A stretch of DNA of 64,000 nucleotides. Source: Eledone cirrhosa. Lineage: Eukaryota. The stretch covers positions 13,516,001-13,580,000 of the forward strand of contig OZ024754.1 in assembly GCA_964016885.1 (NCBI GenBank), written 5' to 3'. Both the position numbers and the translations under genes were made by a program. Positions 1-13,342 of this stretch are shown in pieces (within the stretch, counting starts at the first letter, position 1; each line of letters starts with the position of its first letter). A model generated the notes under the pieces. The model worked only from the letters and a program-made list of their open reading frames with translations. It was not told the origin of the DNA and searched no databases.

Positions 1-94
<94 letters not shown>

Positions 95-100
95 TATACT

Positions 101-132
<32 letters not shown>

Positions 133-188
133 TATGTATGTGTATATATATATATATACGTATATATGTATATATATATATATGTGTG

Positions 189-273
<85 letters not shown>

Positions 274-300
274 GTATATATATATATATATGTATATATA
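1..300. repeat. (TG)n/(TA)n compound microsatellite
   Basis: Direct dinucleotide runs; the overlapping VC/IY-rich ORFs are artefacts. Confidence 0.95.
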
Positions 301-541
301 AACAAAAATGTCTGTCTCTATGCAGGCGATGCATTTCCACAATTTCCATCCGATTTTATTCAAATATGATTTATAGATTATTTAGCTCCCGATGCATGTC
401 AACATTTAATTTCAATCTTTCTCTCCGCTAAAATACAGGAGTTCTGGGGCCATTTAAAGACGGCCATGTTAAAAAGAGAGGGTGGGTTCTTTATTTACAG
501 TGGCGAAAGGTGTGCCCGGCAACGACGGGCTCTTTTGCTAG
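290..541 (+). mobile_element. Non-autonomous Helitron-like element (3' terminus clear)
   Basis: Subterminal hairpin GCCCGG-CAACG-ACGGGC (514-530), then CTAG at 538-541 followed by T, the canonical Helitron 3' end. The 5' end is lost in the TA tract. Confidence 0.6.
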
Positions 542-1177
542 TATCTAATAAAAGGGGTTAAGGATGAGGTTTGGGAGGAATTTAGGTGCTGTTTCTAGCA
601 GTTTTAGCGCCTGTGTAGAGGTTTCCTTCGCTGATATTTCTGTAAATTTCTGAATCGACCATTGTAGTAATAAACAGAGACTTCCGGTGTGGTGAGATCG
701 TCAACGAACTCAGCGTTAAACAGATGAAAAGATGTTCACTTCATTTCATCCATTGATTCGTTTACGTATATTTTACACATCCTATCTCAATACCACTCCA
801 CTAAACTCCTTGATAAACAATCGTGGCTTTCAATGCTGTTCAAGACAATTTGAATGAGATAGTAAAAATCATTGTCAGCAACTATTTCAGAAAGATGTGC
901 TATGTGTACTTTAATGTTCGGTTTATTTCGTGAGATATATAGGGAGCAAACATCAACACCATCTTGATAATATTTTACTATGTCATAAATAGAGGAATGG
1001 AGTCAACAGATAGAAGGTTTATTGATCGAGATTGTCTGCAAGGAGTTTTGGCACATTATCTCCATTTCTTTATCTATCTGTCATTTTTTTCCTTCTCAAT
1101 ATATAATCATATGTTTGCGTTTTATCTGTCCGTATGTGAATACTTATACATACATATATGCAAAATATATATGATAA

Positions 1178-1229
<52 letters not shown>

Positions 1230-1233
<4 letters not shown>

Positions 1234-1639
1234 TGGCTGCCAACTCGTTTTCGAGTACGGCCACAACTTTATATCCATGTAGGAGAACCCCTACCAATGC
1301 GCTGAACGAGTGTGACTTTTTAGTCCAGCCAGCGACTTGAAAACTCTGGTACAAACACTACATTTGTGACAATTATTGACACATAGTGCTGGGCCCATGG
1401 TACCATGTGACAAGTGCAGAGGGATCTCCAGATATAAAGCAATGCCTGTGCCGTGAAGCTTTTATAGTGAGCAAAGGCACTGCACAAAGCCAGTCCCACT
1501 CTCTTAACCAAGATGATATTTACCAAAAAGAAGAACAAGTCAACATCATTGGATACCATCAGGGTTGCAGGTGTTATATCAGAGTTTTCCTTCTCCTAGA
1601 ATTCTGCCTTGACAAAGGCTAAGGGGTCATCTCTCCCAG

Positions 1640-1640
<1 letters not shown>
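1230..1640 (-). mobile_element. Dispersed ~600-bp repeat family, partial inverted copy of 40534-41140; resembles an RTE-LINE 5' region
   Basis: Near-identical reverse complement of 40730-41139 (ORF track gives matching MLGPWYHVT... peptides); flanked by (TA)n. Confidence 0.7.
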
Positions 1641-1733
<93 letters not shown>

Positions 1734-1758
1734 ATATATATATATTTATTGTATAGAA

Positions 1759-1811
1759 GAGCTTCTACAGGACTAGTACTGTTTCATTCAGATGAAATCT
1801 TCAGGAAGCTC
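1759..1811 (-). ncRNA. Type I hammerhead ribozyme (inverted copy)
   Basis: Reverse complement of 1871-1923 with a 7-bp stem I retained. Confidence 0.75.
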
Positions 1812-1867
1812 TGTATTCAGAAATTTACAGAAATATCAGCGAAGGAAACCTCTACACAGGCGCTAAA

Positions 1868-1926
1868 AAGGAGCTTCCTGAAGATTTCATCTGAATGAAA
1901 CAGTACTAGTCCTGTAGAAGCTCCTT
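1868..1926 (+). ncRNA. Type I hammerhead ribozyme
   Basis: Stem I AAGGAGCTTC/GAAGCTCCTT, core CTGAAGA (1878-1884), stem II TTCA/TGAA, GAAA (1897-1900), stem III ACAG/CTGT with palindromic ACTAGT loop, GUA cleavage triplet. Confidence 0.8.
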
Positions 1927-2015
1927 CTATACAATAAATATATTTTACTCTGCCATGTATTGAGTACCTTACTTACTGTGGTTATCCCCGACTCAACTCG
2001 GGACCTACGTATATA

Positions 2016-2071
<56 letters not shown>

Positions 2072-2264
2072 GATAAATCTACCAAGAGTTTACGGTAGTG
2101 TCCAATCCGTATGAAGAACTCAATGTATTCCGGATATCATGGAAAGAAGAGATGTAATGAAAAATCACTTTCGGTGAAAGATAAACGGTATACAGAGTCA
2201 AGATAAAATATTAAACAAATAATGAATAAACAATGAAACAGTTCCTTATATTAAACAAAAAAAG

Positions 2265-2418
2265 TTCATTATTTAACGATCGTTTCTAGGATATATATGT
2301 GTTAGAATTGGCATGCATATTCAACAGATCTATGTACAAAATTATACAAAATTATACAAACTATCAAGATTAAATATACATACCAACACATATATACGCC
2401 GTCTTCAGAAATAATGAA
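2265..2418 (-). ncRNA. Type I hammerhead ribozyme (copy in the inverted arm)
   Basis: Reverse complement of 11942-12095. Confidence 0.78.
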
Positions 2419-3045
2419 ATATATTTATTGATAATAACAACAATTCAAAATTTCAGGTCCGTTTGGGAACAAAATTGACCAATGAAAATACAAAAGGTTT
2501 AATGCAGTTCAGTGTGTGTATATACATGTAACTACCCTTACACATATTTTACAAAAATGTATGCACAACTTGTATACGCATACCAAAAGGATGGATGCAA
2601 ATACAAAATTTCAAGGTTAATGTCTCTGTAAGTTTATAATGCACAGATAAGATGCGTATAGACACATAAATATGAAATAAGTGTATACACATATTCACAT
2701 ACTCACACATATCCGTACAATCACACACACACGCGCGTATATGCATAAACATACACATAACTACGAACATACAAACACACACACACCCCCACTCACATAT
2801 ATATATGTGGATATAAAATCCTAAGCACATGGATATTAATTCACTCACATAAACACTGGCACACACATTTAGATCAAGATACAGAAATTAGGTGGGAGGG
2901 GGGGAGAGGTCAGTATTCAACGGTTTGGGCAGACTGCTTAATATAGATGTATCTATAAACTAAGAAAATAAAAAATAATAAATAATAAATAAACATTAAA
3001 AAAGAAAGAAAAGAAAAAGAAAAAAGAAAAAAGAAATATATCAAG

Positions 3046-3107
<62 letters not shown>

Positions 3108-3243
3108 CATACACATATATACACATATATATATATATATATACACACATACAAACACATACATACATATACACACATCCACACTTAGAACATACATACA
3201 CACACATATATAAACATATACATATACACACATACATATAAAT

Positions 3244-3302
<59 letters not shown>

Positions 3303-3617
3303 TACACACATACATACACATATAATCACACATACTATATAGACACACATATATATACACACATACACGCACATATACATACACTTACATACTTATATAC
3401 ATACAGATATACACATACATACCTATATATACACACAAATACATACAGACATACATACATACATACAGACAAATACTTACGCATCTATATATCGGTATAT
3501 ACATACAAACACCACTACACTCTCACACAACTCAGACATACAAAGAAAAAGGTATATACCTATACACATATATATATACAAATAGAGAAACATATACATA
3601 TATATATATATATATAT

Positions 3618-3656
<39 letters not shown>

Positions 3657-3852
3657 CACATATACACACATACACATACATACACATACATACATGTACA
3701 CACACATAGATATATATACACATACACACATACACACATACATATATAGTCATACACACACATACACCTACACGAACATACACATACACATATATAAAGA
3801 TATATATACACACACACACACACATACACACACACACATATATATAAAATAA

Positions 3853-3895
<43 letters not shown>

Positions 3896-4475
3896 TATAC
3901 ATACATATACATACACACATACATAGACATATATGTACATACATACACATACATAGATACATACACACACATACATACATATATATATACACACATAGAC
4001 ATATACATACATACACACACAACATACATACACACATATATACTCATACATAGAATTAGATATATATTCATACATACATACGCATTTACATATACTCATA
4101 TATACAAATACATACGCATTCATATATGCGTATATACATAGAAACACCACTACACCCTCACCCAACTCAGACATACAAAGAAAAAGGCATATACATATAC
4201 ATATATACACGCATTAATAGAGATATATATACACATATACATATATATATATATATACACATACACTTATATATATATACCCACACACACATACAACCAT
4301 AAATACACATACAAACACCCACATATACATATATATACACATATATATATATACACACACATAAAAACAGACATGCACATATATATTTTTTTACACACAT
4401 ATATACACATATATATACATATACACACCCTCACATATACATACATACACATAAGTTATATTATAATAATAAATA

Positions 4476-4526
<51 letters not shown>

Positions 4527-4553
4527 CGAATATAGACACATATACACACATAG

Positions 4554-4586
<33 letters not shown>

Positions 4587-4783
4587 CATATACACACACA
4601 CATATACACACTCACATATATATGTGTGTGCACACACACATATATACACATACACACATATACACATAAACACATATATGTGTATACATGCACACACACA
4701 CATATATCCACATAGATACGAAGATAGACATATAAATAGAGAGACATACATATATATACCGACACACATATACATACATACAT

Positions 4784-4842
<59 letters not shown>

Positions 4843-6158
4843 CACACATACACATACACATATATATACACATGCATATATACACATATACACATACATA
4901 CACACATATATATACACACACAATCTTACATTCTTATTTGCATGCGCATATATGTATTTTTATATTCAGATATAAATACCCAAACATATATACACCTACC
5001 TACATATATATTCATACATACACGCTTACAAACACAGATGATAATAGTATGGGGGAAAGGGGGGGGGTGGAGAAGGGGATTATAGTAAATATATGTTTCA
5101 AGAAACATAGAATATTATCCGTATCTGGATCCAATGTATGTTTTTACATAGTTTCAGTGTTAGGAAATACAATAAACAAGAAATAAGGCAAAATTTATGC
5201 ATTTCAAAATAAATAAGTATACCATTAATTATATGTTAACTAAACTAAAGATAGTTAACATATAGGATTTCTAAGGTGTAAATTAGTTAGGTTTATAATA
5301 TTTGAAGCTGAATTTTGAAGTTAAATAGTAGTAGAGTATTAATTATAGTATAACTAAATTAAAGTTAATAACGTTATGGTATCAATATTAGGAAATGAAT
5401 TTAGTAATAGGGAAAAAACAAATAAAGTATTACATCGGTAGTAGAATATAAATTATAGGTTAACTAAATTAAAAATTATATATTTATTTCTATAGTATAT
5501 GTTAATTAGGTATATAATAAATAAAACAGATATTGTATTTTATCAATAGCAGAATATAATTATATGCAAATAGAAATCAAAATTAATACATATACATATA
5601 CATATACATACACATATATATATACATATATATACATATATATATACATATATACACATATACACACACATACACATACACATACACATATACATATACA
5701 TATTTTTTCAAAAATTGCAAAGAATATATTAACTAGGTATATATCTAAAACACATCTCATTCTATGATTACATGACATTCTGCAATTCGTCTGTATAAGG
5801 ATACTAATTTTAAGCCAATTAAATTAAATTTTTAGGTTGACTAAAATTAAAACCAAATTATAAATATATTTCTAAAATGTATATTAATTAGGTCTATAAT
5901 ACTAAAAATTATTTCTCTGTCATTGGATACACGATATTTTGTTATATTTTATCTGTAAAAGAATTATAATAAAAGGTTTAAATAAATTAAAATTAATCTA
6001 TAAATTAAATTACTAAGTATATATTAGTAATATTTAAAGGTTTTTCACAATTTATGATTACATAATATTTTATATTCTCATCTGTAATAGAATTTTAATT
6101 AAATTAAATTTATAGGTTAACTAACATTTAAATTAAATTAATTTCTAAAATAATGTTA

Positions 6159-6781
6159 TTAATTAGGTTTATAATATTTAAATGTTTTTTTTAGTTTATG
6201 ATTACACGATATAATTAATTCCTGTCGTTTATTTAATAGGATATCCTTAGATTTCATTATTTCAAATAGTTCTTGGGAACATAATCTACATTCATTTCTA
6301 TTATTTTGATAAGGGGTGGCTCTTTTGAGCACACTCCAGGTCAAATCATATTCTATATTCTTATTTTTATAACTATTGATTTTTTCTGCTAGAGATGTTG
6401 TATTAGCCAGTGCGGCATTTTTAAAACTATGCTTGTGGGTATTAAACCTTGTCTTAAAATTGTTAGAGGTAGCTCCTATATATGAGCAAATAGAATCTTT
6501 AGTTTTAACATTACATTTATAGACTATGTTGTTAACAAGACAATTCCCTTTTAATGGGCAGTTTGCTTTGTTTCTACAGTTACAACCTTTCGTTAATTCT
6601 GTATTTGAGGAGATATTATGGTTAATTTGATGTACTGGTGGTATACTTATGGTTTTCTTACATTTATATGCATTATAGGCACTTATATTTTGTTTTATGT
6701 TATTTGTTGTAGAGTATGAGAATTTAACTGTAGACCTATTTAAGATTTGATGGTATTTGTGGTTTGGCGGGAAGTTTTTCT
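6159..6781 (-). pseudogene. Inverted duplicate of the GIY-YIG half of the PLE ORF
   Basis: ORF 6159..6344 (-) matches the last ~60 aa of 6764..8191; sequence identity extends to 6781. Confidence 0.9.
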
Positions 6782-8191
6782 CTATATCGTGATGACTGTC
6801 TTCTTCTTTCTAACAACCTTAGCCTTTCAGAAATTGAAAAAAACAAAAAACATATTAGAACTTTCCTTAAAGACTATTATAATCTTAATATTACTTTTGA
6901 AAAAACAAGTAAAGTAGTAAATTTCCTAGATATAACTTTAGATTTAGCTACGGGTATCTACCAACCTTACCATAAACCAAACCAAAACTTACATTACATA
7001 CACTCACAATCTAATCACCCTAAATCTATCCTTAAAAACCTTGCATATAATATATCACTTAGAATTTCTAACCTTTCTTCTAACCAAGATGTATTTGATA
7101 AAAATGCGACCTTCTATAACGAAGCTCTAGATAGAAGTGGCCACAAAAATAGATTAGAATATATACCTTCTACTAAAAATACTGAAAGCATACAACCTAA
7201 TATTACCAACAAACACCAAATGAAAAGTACACACCTAAATGCCACCCACACTATACCCCAAAATACCAAATCTTCTAATATAAAGTATAGTAACTCTCAA
7301 AAAACTACTCATCATACAACTCTAATAAATATTAATAATAAAACTCCTAATAAAAAGCATAAAACACCTAAATCTACAAATATAACTAAAAATGGTTGTG
7401 GTGAGATCATTAACATTAATCCTCCTAGTAAAAATCACGATACAACCTATAAAAATAATAAAAATAATAAACAACATAGAAACCGTAATAGACGGGTTAC
7501 TTGGTATAATGCTCCATTTAATTTACAAATTAAGGATAATATTGCTAAAAAAATTTTTTATATCCTACAGAAAAACTTCCCGCCAAACCACAAATACCAT
7601 CAAATCTTAAATAGGTCTACAGTTAAATTCTCATACTCTACAACAAATAACATAAAACAAAATATAAGTGCCTATAATGCATATAAATGTAAGAAAACCA
7701 TAAGTATACCACCAGTACATCAAATTAACCATAATATCTCCTCAAATACAGAATTAACGAAAGGTTGTAACTGTAGAAACAAAGTAAACTGCCCATTAAA
7801 AGGGAATTGTCTTGTTAACAACATAGTCTATAAATGTAATATTAAAACTAAAGATTCTATTTGCTCATATATAGGAGCTACCTCTAACAATTTTAAGACA
7901 AGGTTTAATACCCACAAGCATAGTTTTAAAAATGCCGCACTGGCTAATACAACATCTCTAGCAGAAAAAATCAATAGTTATAAAAATAAGAATATAGAAT
8001 ATGATTTGACCTGGAGTGTGCTCAAAAGAGCCACCCCTTATCAAAATAATAGAAATGAATGTAGATTATGTTCCCAAGAACTATTTGAAATAATGAAATC
8101 TAAGGATATCCTATTAAATAAACGACAGGAATTAATTATATCGTGTAATCATAAACTAAAAAAAACATTTAAATATTATAAACCTAATTAA
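6782..8191 (+). pseudogene. 5'-truncated PLE ORF: RT palm/thumb (LYRDD, FLD, HKPN, SNHP), WYNAPF, CNC-x5-CPLKGNC linker, GIY-YIG endonuclease (IVY...YIG...R...H...E...N)
   Basis: Part of ORF-track ORF 6764..8191. Its first codons come from the inverted arm; the real reading frame starts just before YRDD. The motif set matches Naiad-clade PLEs. No internal stops. Confidence 0.9.
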
Positions 8192-8739
8192 TAACATTAT
8201 TTTAGAAATTAATTTAATTTAAATGTTAGTTAACCTATAAATTTAATTTAATTAAAATTCTATTACAGATGAGAATATAAAATATTATGTAATCATAAAT
8301 TGTGAAAAACCTTTAAATATTACTAATATATACTTAGTAATTTAATTTATAGATTAATTTTAATTTATTTAAACCTTTTATTATAATTCTTTTACAGATA
8401 AAATATAACAAAATATCGTGTATCCAATGACAGAGAAATAATTTTTAGTATTATAGACCTAATTAATATACATTTTAGAAATATATTTATAATTTGGTTT
8501 TAATTTTAGTCAACCTAAAAATTTAATTTAATTGGCTTAAAATTAGTATCCTTATACAGACGAATTGCAGAATGTCATGTAATCATAGAATGAGATGTAT
8601 TTTAGATATATACCTAGTTAATATATTCTTTGCAATTTTTGAAAAAATATGTATATGTATATGTGTATGTGTATGTGTATGTGTGTGTATATGTGTATAT
8701 ATGTATATATATATGTATATATATGTATATATATATGTG

Positions 8740-8770
<31 letters not shown>

Positions 8771-9515
8771 TAATTTTGATTTCTATTTGCATATAATTAT
8801 ATTCTGCTATTGATAAAATACAATAACTGTTTTATTTATTATATACCTAATTAACATATACTATAGAAATAAATATATAATTTTTAATTTAGTTAACCTA
8901 TAATTTATATTCTACTACCGATGTAATACTTTATTTGTTTTTTCCCTATTACTAAATTCATTTCCTAATATTGATACCATAACGTTATTAACTTTAATTT
9001 AGTTATACTATAATTAATACTCTACTACTATTTAACTTCAAAATTCTGCTTCAAATATTATAAACCTAACTAATTTACACCTTAGAAATCAATATGTTAA
9101 CTATCTTTAGTTTAGTTAACATATAATTAATGGTATACTTATTTATTTTGAAATGCATAAATTTTGCCTTATTTCTTGTTTATTGTATTTCCTAACACTG
9201 AAACTATGTAAAAACATACATTGGATCCAGATACGGATAATATTCTATGTTTCTTGAAACATATATTTACTATAATCCCCTTCTCCAACCCCCCCCCCCT
9301 TTCCCCCATACTATTATCATCTGTGTTTGTAAGCGTGTATGTATGAATATATATGTAGGTAGGTGTATATATGTTTGGGTATTTATATCTGAATATAAAA
9401 ATACATATATGCGCATGCAAATAAGAATGTAAGATTGTGTGTGTATATATATGTGTGTATGTATGTGTATATGTGTATATATGCATGTGTATATATATGT
9501 GTATGTGTATGTGTG

Positions 9516-9574
<59 letters not shown>

Positions 9575-9827
9575 ATGTATGTATGTATATGTGTGTCTGT
9601 ATATATATGTATGTCTCTCTATTTATATGTCTATCTTCGTATCTATGTGGATATATGTGTGTGTGTGCATGTATACACATATATGTGTTTATGTGTATAT
9701 GTGTGTATGTGTATATATGTGTGTGTGCACACACATATATATGTGAGTGTGTATATGTGTGTGTGTATATGTATGTGTATATATATATATATATATATAT
9801 CTATGTGTGTATATGTGTCTATATTCG

Positions 9828-9880
<53 letters not shown>

Positions 9881-10460
9881 TATTTATTATTATAATATAA
9901 CTTATGTGTATGTATGTATATGTGAGGGTGTGTATATGTATATATATGTGTATATATGTGTGTAAAAAAATATATATGTGCATGTCTGTTTTTATGTGTG
10001 TGTGTATATATATATGTGTATATATATGTATATGTGGGTGTTTGTATGTGTATTTATGGTTGTATGTGTGTGTGGGTATATATATATAAGTGTATGTGTA
10101 TATATATATATATATGTATATGTGTATATATATCTCTATTAATGCGTGTATATATGTATATGTATATGCCTTTTTCTTTGTATGTCTGAGTTGGGTGAGG
10201 GTGTAGTGGTGTTTCTATGTATATACGCATATATGAATGCGTATGTATTTGTATATATGAGTATATGTAAATGCGTATGTATGTATGAATATATATCTAA
10301 TTCTATGTATGAGTATATATGTGTGTATGTATGTTGTGTGTGTATGTATGTATATGTCTATGTGTGTATATATATATGTATGTATGTGTGTGTATGTATC
10401 TATGTATGTGTATGTATGTACATATATGTCTATGTATGTGTGTATGTATATGTATGTATA

Positions 10461-10503
<43 letters not shown>

Positions 10504-10701
10504 TTATTTTATATATATGTGTGTGTGTGTATGTGTGTGTGTGTGTGTGTATATATATCTTTATATATGTGTATGTGTATGTTCGTGTAGGTGTATGTGT
10601 GTGTATGACTATATATGTATGTGTGTATGTGTGTATGTGTATATATATCTATGTGTGTGTACATGTATGTATGTGTATGTATGTGTATGTGTGTATATGT
10701 G

Positions 10702-10736
<35 letters not shown>

Positions 10737-11051
10737 ATATATATATATATATATATGTATATGTTTCTCTATTTGTATATATATATGTGTATAGGTATAT
10801 ACCTTTTTCTTTGTATGTCTGAGTTGTGTGAGAGTGTAGTGGTGTTTGTATGTATATACCGATATATAGATGCGTAAGTATTTGTCTGTATGTATGTATG
10901 TATGTCTGTATGTATTTGTGTGTATATATAGGTATGTATGTGTATATCTGTATGTATATAAGTATGTAAGTGTATGTATATGTGCGTGTATGTGTGTATA
11001 TATATGTGTGTCTATATAGTATGTGTGATTATATGTGTATGTATGTGTGTA

Positions 11052-11136
<85 letters not shown>

Positions 11137-11267
11137 ATTTATATGTATGTGTGTATATGATATGTTTATATATGTGTGTGTATGTATGTTCTAAGTGTGG
11201 ATGTGTGTATATATATGTATGTGTTTGTATGTGTGTATATATATATATATATATGTGTATATATGTG

Positions 11268-11315
<48 letters not shown>

Positions 11316-11941
11316 CTTGATATATTTCTTTTTTCTTTTTTCTTTTTCTTTTCTTTCCTTTTTAATGTTTATTTATTATTTATTATTTTTTATTTTCTTA
11401 GTTTATAGATACATCTATATTAAGCAGTCTGCCCAAACCGTTGAATACTGACCTCTCCCCCCTCCCACCTAATTTCTGTATCTTGATCTAAATGTGTGTG
11501 CCAGTGTTTATGTGAGTGAATTAATATCCATGTGCTTAGGATTTTATATCCACATATATATATGTGAGTGGGGGTGTGTGTGTGTTTGTATGTTCGTAGT
11601 TATGTGTATGTTTATGCATATACGCGCGTGTGTGTGTGATTGTACGGATATGTGTGAGTATGTGAATATGTGTATACACTTATTTCATATTTATGTGTCT
11701 ATACGCATCTTATCTGTGCATTATAAACTTACAGAGACATTAACCTTGAAATTTTGTATTTGCATCCATCCTTTTGGTATGCGTATACAAGTTGTGCATA
11801 CATTTTTGTAAAATATGTGTAAGGGTAGTTACATGTATATACACACACTGAACTGCATTAAACCTTTTGTATTTTCATTGGTCAATTTTGTTCCCAAACG
11901 GACCTGAAATTTTGAATTGTTGTTATTATCAATAAATATAT

Positions 11942-12095
11942 TTCATTATTTCTGAAGACGGCGTATATATGTGTTGGTATGTATATTTAATCTTGATAGT
12001 TTGTATAATTTTGTATAATTTTGTACATAGATCTGTTGAATATGCATGCCAATTCTAACACATATATATCCTAGAAACGATCGTTAAATAATGAA
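11942..12095 (+). ncRNA. Type I hammerhead ribozyme with ~115-nt extended stem II
   Basis: Stem I TTCATTATTT/AAATAATGAA (10 bp), CTGAAGA 11952-11958, long stem II (TATATATGTGTTGG.../...CTAACACATATATA and GGTATGTATATTTAA/TTGAATATGCATGCC), GAAA 12074-12077, palindromic stem III ACGATCGT, GUU site. Confidence 0.8.
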
Positions 12096-12176
12096 CTTTT
12101 TTTGTTTAATATAAGGAACTGTTTCATTGTTTATTCATTATTTGTTTAATATTTTATATATATATATATACATACA

Positions 12177-12223
<47 letters not shown>

Positions 12224-12227
<4 letters not shown>

Positions 12228-12583
12228 CTACTAACGTTGAGAACAAACTTGGTCATTCCGACTGCTGCTAGCAATAGCTGTGGCTAGTTTGACCTACCTC
12301 CTTTTGCCTCTATCTTTGCTACGGCCCTTGATAAACCTGTTCTACATCATCCACTCTCATCCCAGGAACAGTTTTTGATAGCGCTAGTTTGTGATTTAAA
12401 TTCAGGAATTTTATATTCTTTGAATGAAAAGAACCTTCTGACGAGAATCTTTCTTTGCAACGAAGGCCGCATGGTCTCCGTTTTATTTTTGGGATTCGAA
12501 ACCGATCGGTAAAGGTAACTATAGTAGGTAGAGTCAATTTTTTTAAATTTATTTTGAAACTTTTTCATTATTTACTAAACCTT

Positions 12584-12587
<4 letters not shown>
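12224..12587. repeat. ~360-bp dispersed repeat flanked by (TA)n; paralog at ~45985-46337
   Basis: Colinear similarity (GTTGAGAA..TTGGTC.TTCCGACTGCTGCTAGC...AAACCTTG); both copies end at a long TA tract. Confidence 0.75.
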
Positions 12588-12677
<90 letters not shown>

Positions 12678-12944
12678 ATAGAGGTGTAACACACGAGTTA
12701 TGATATATTGGTAAAAGGAAAAGAAAATGCTGACAAATTGTTCCCAGTGAAAAATAGTTTAGTAAAAATTAGTAATAAGTATTGGTTAGTATTCAGTTTT
12801 AGTTTTAAGTTTTTACAATACTTGAAAATAAAATCATTTTAATCACCAACTCAAAACGATTTCTGCAAATTATTCAATCCAGCGTTCTAACGACTCTGTC
12901 AATTTGCCGCCTAGACTCGGATAGAAATGCTTATAGAAATAAGT

Positions 12945-13250
12945 GAAACAACCACCTCTTGTATACCAACGACCTCAAGTTGTATGCTGCAAATGACAAA
13001 TAATTAGAAAGAGTGTTATATTGAATGCACACAATCAGAAGGGAATTAGATTAAAATCTAGTTTAGAAAATTGCATCAATGCAACTTTGAGGAAAGGAAA
13101 ATTATTAAAAATCGCTAATATCATGTCAGATAAAGAAACCGAGATAAGAGAATTAGACCAAACACAAGCTTATAAGTGTTGAGGAATTAATGAACTAGAC
13201 AGAATGCAACACAGAAATTATTGGAATGTCTAGTATGAAATATTAACGAT
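12945..13250 (+). pseudogene. Highly decayed Dong/R4-like RT fragment
   Basis: AACCACCTCTTGTATACCAACGACCTCAAGTTGTATGCT reads NHLLYTNDLKLYA (HLLYMDDLKLYA-like); later ...EKC..ATL..GK...YK.(L)GI-like segments with stops. Confidence 0.55.
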
Positions 13251-13342
13251 GAATTATATTAAAACTGAGTTAAATGCGAAAAACTTCGTTAAAACGAAAA
13301 CGAAAGACGCGTTCTTGGCCTTCTGTTATTACTTGGTAGATT

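Larger units (their letters stand above)
1744..2010 (+). mobile_element. Hairpin-shaped Penelope pLTR-like mini-element with two opposed hammerheads, inside (TA)n
   Basis: Inverted arms ~1744-1811 and ~1871-1940; AATAAA after the ribozyme; ~70-nt tail to 2010; TA tracts on both sides. Confidence 0.8.
2069..12157 (+). mobile_element. Penelope-like retroelement (Naiad-type), 5'-truncated, with a ~4.6-kb inverted copy of its 3' portion
   Basis: Arms 2203-6781 and 7569-12157 are near-identical reverse complements; the unique spacer 6782-7568 encodes the RT C-terminus; both ends abut (TA)n; a hammerhead lies near the outer end of each arm. Confidence 0.9.

Noticed and set aside
6782-8400. Selenoprotein Naiad (in-frame UGA + SECIS)
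   Set aside because: No in-frame TGA in the retained ORF; the linker cysteines use TGT/TGC; no evident SECIS after the stop.
12430-12485. Hammerhead in the 360-bp repeat (CTGACGA...GAAG)
   Set aside because: No GAAA core and no convincing stem I or II in either copy.
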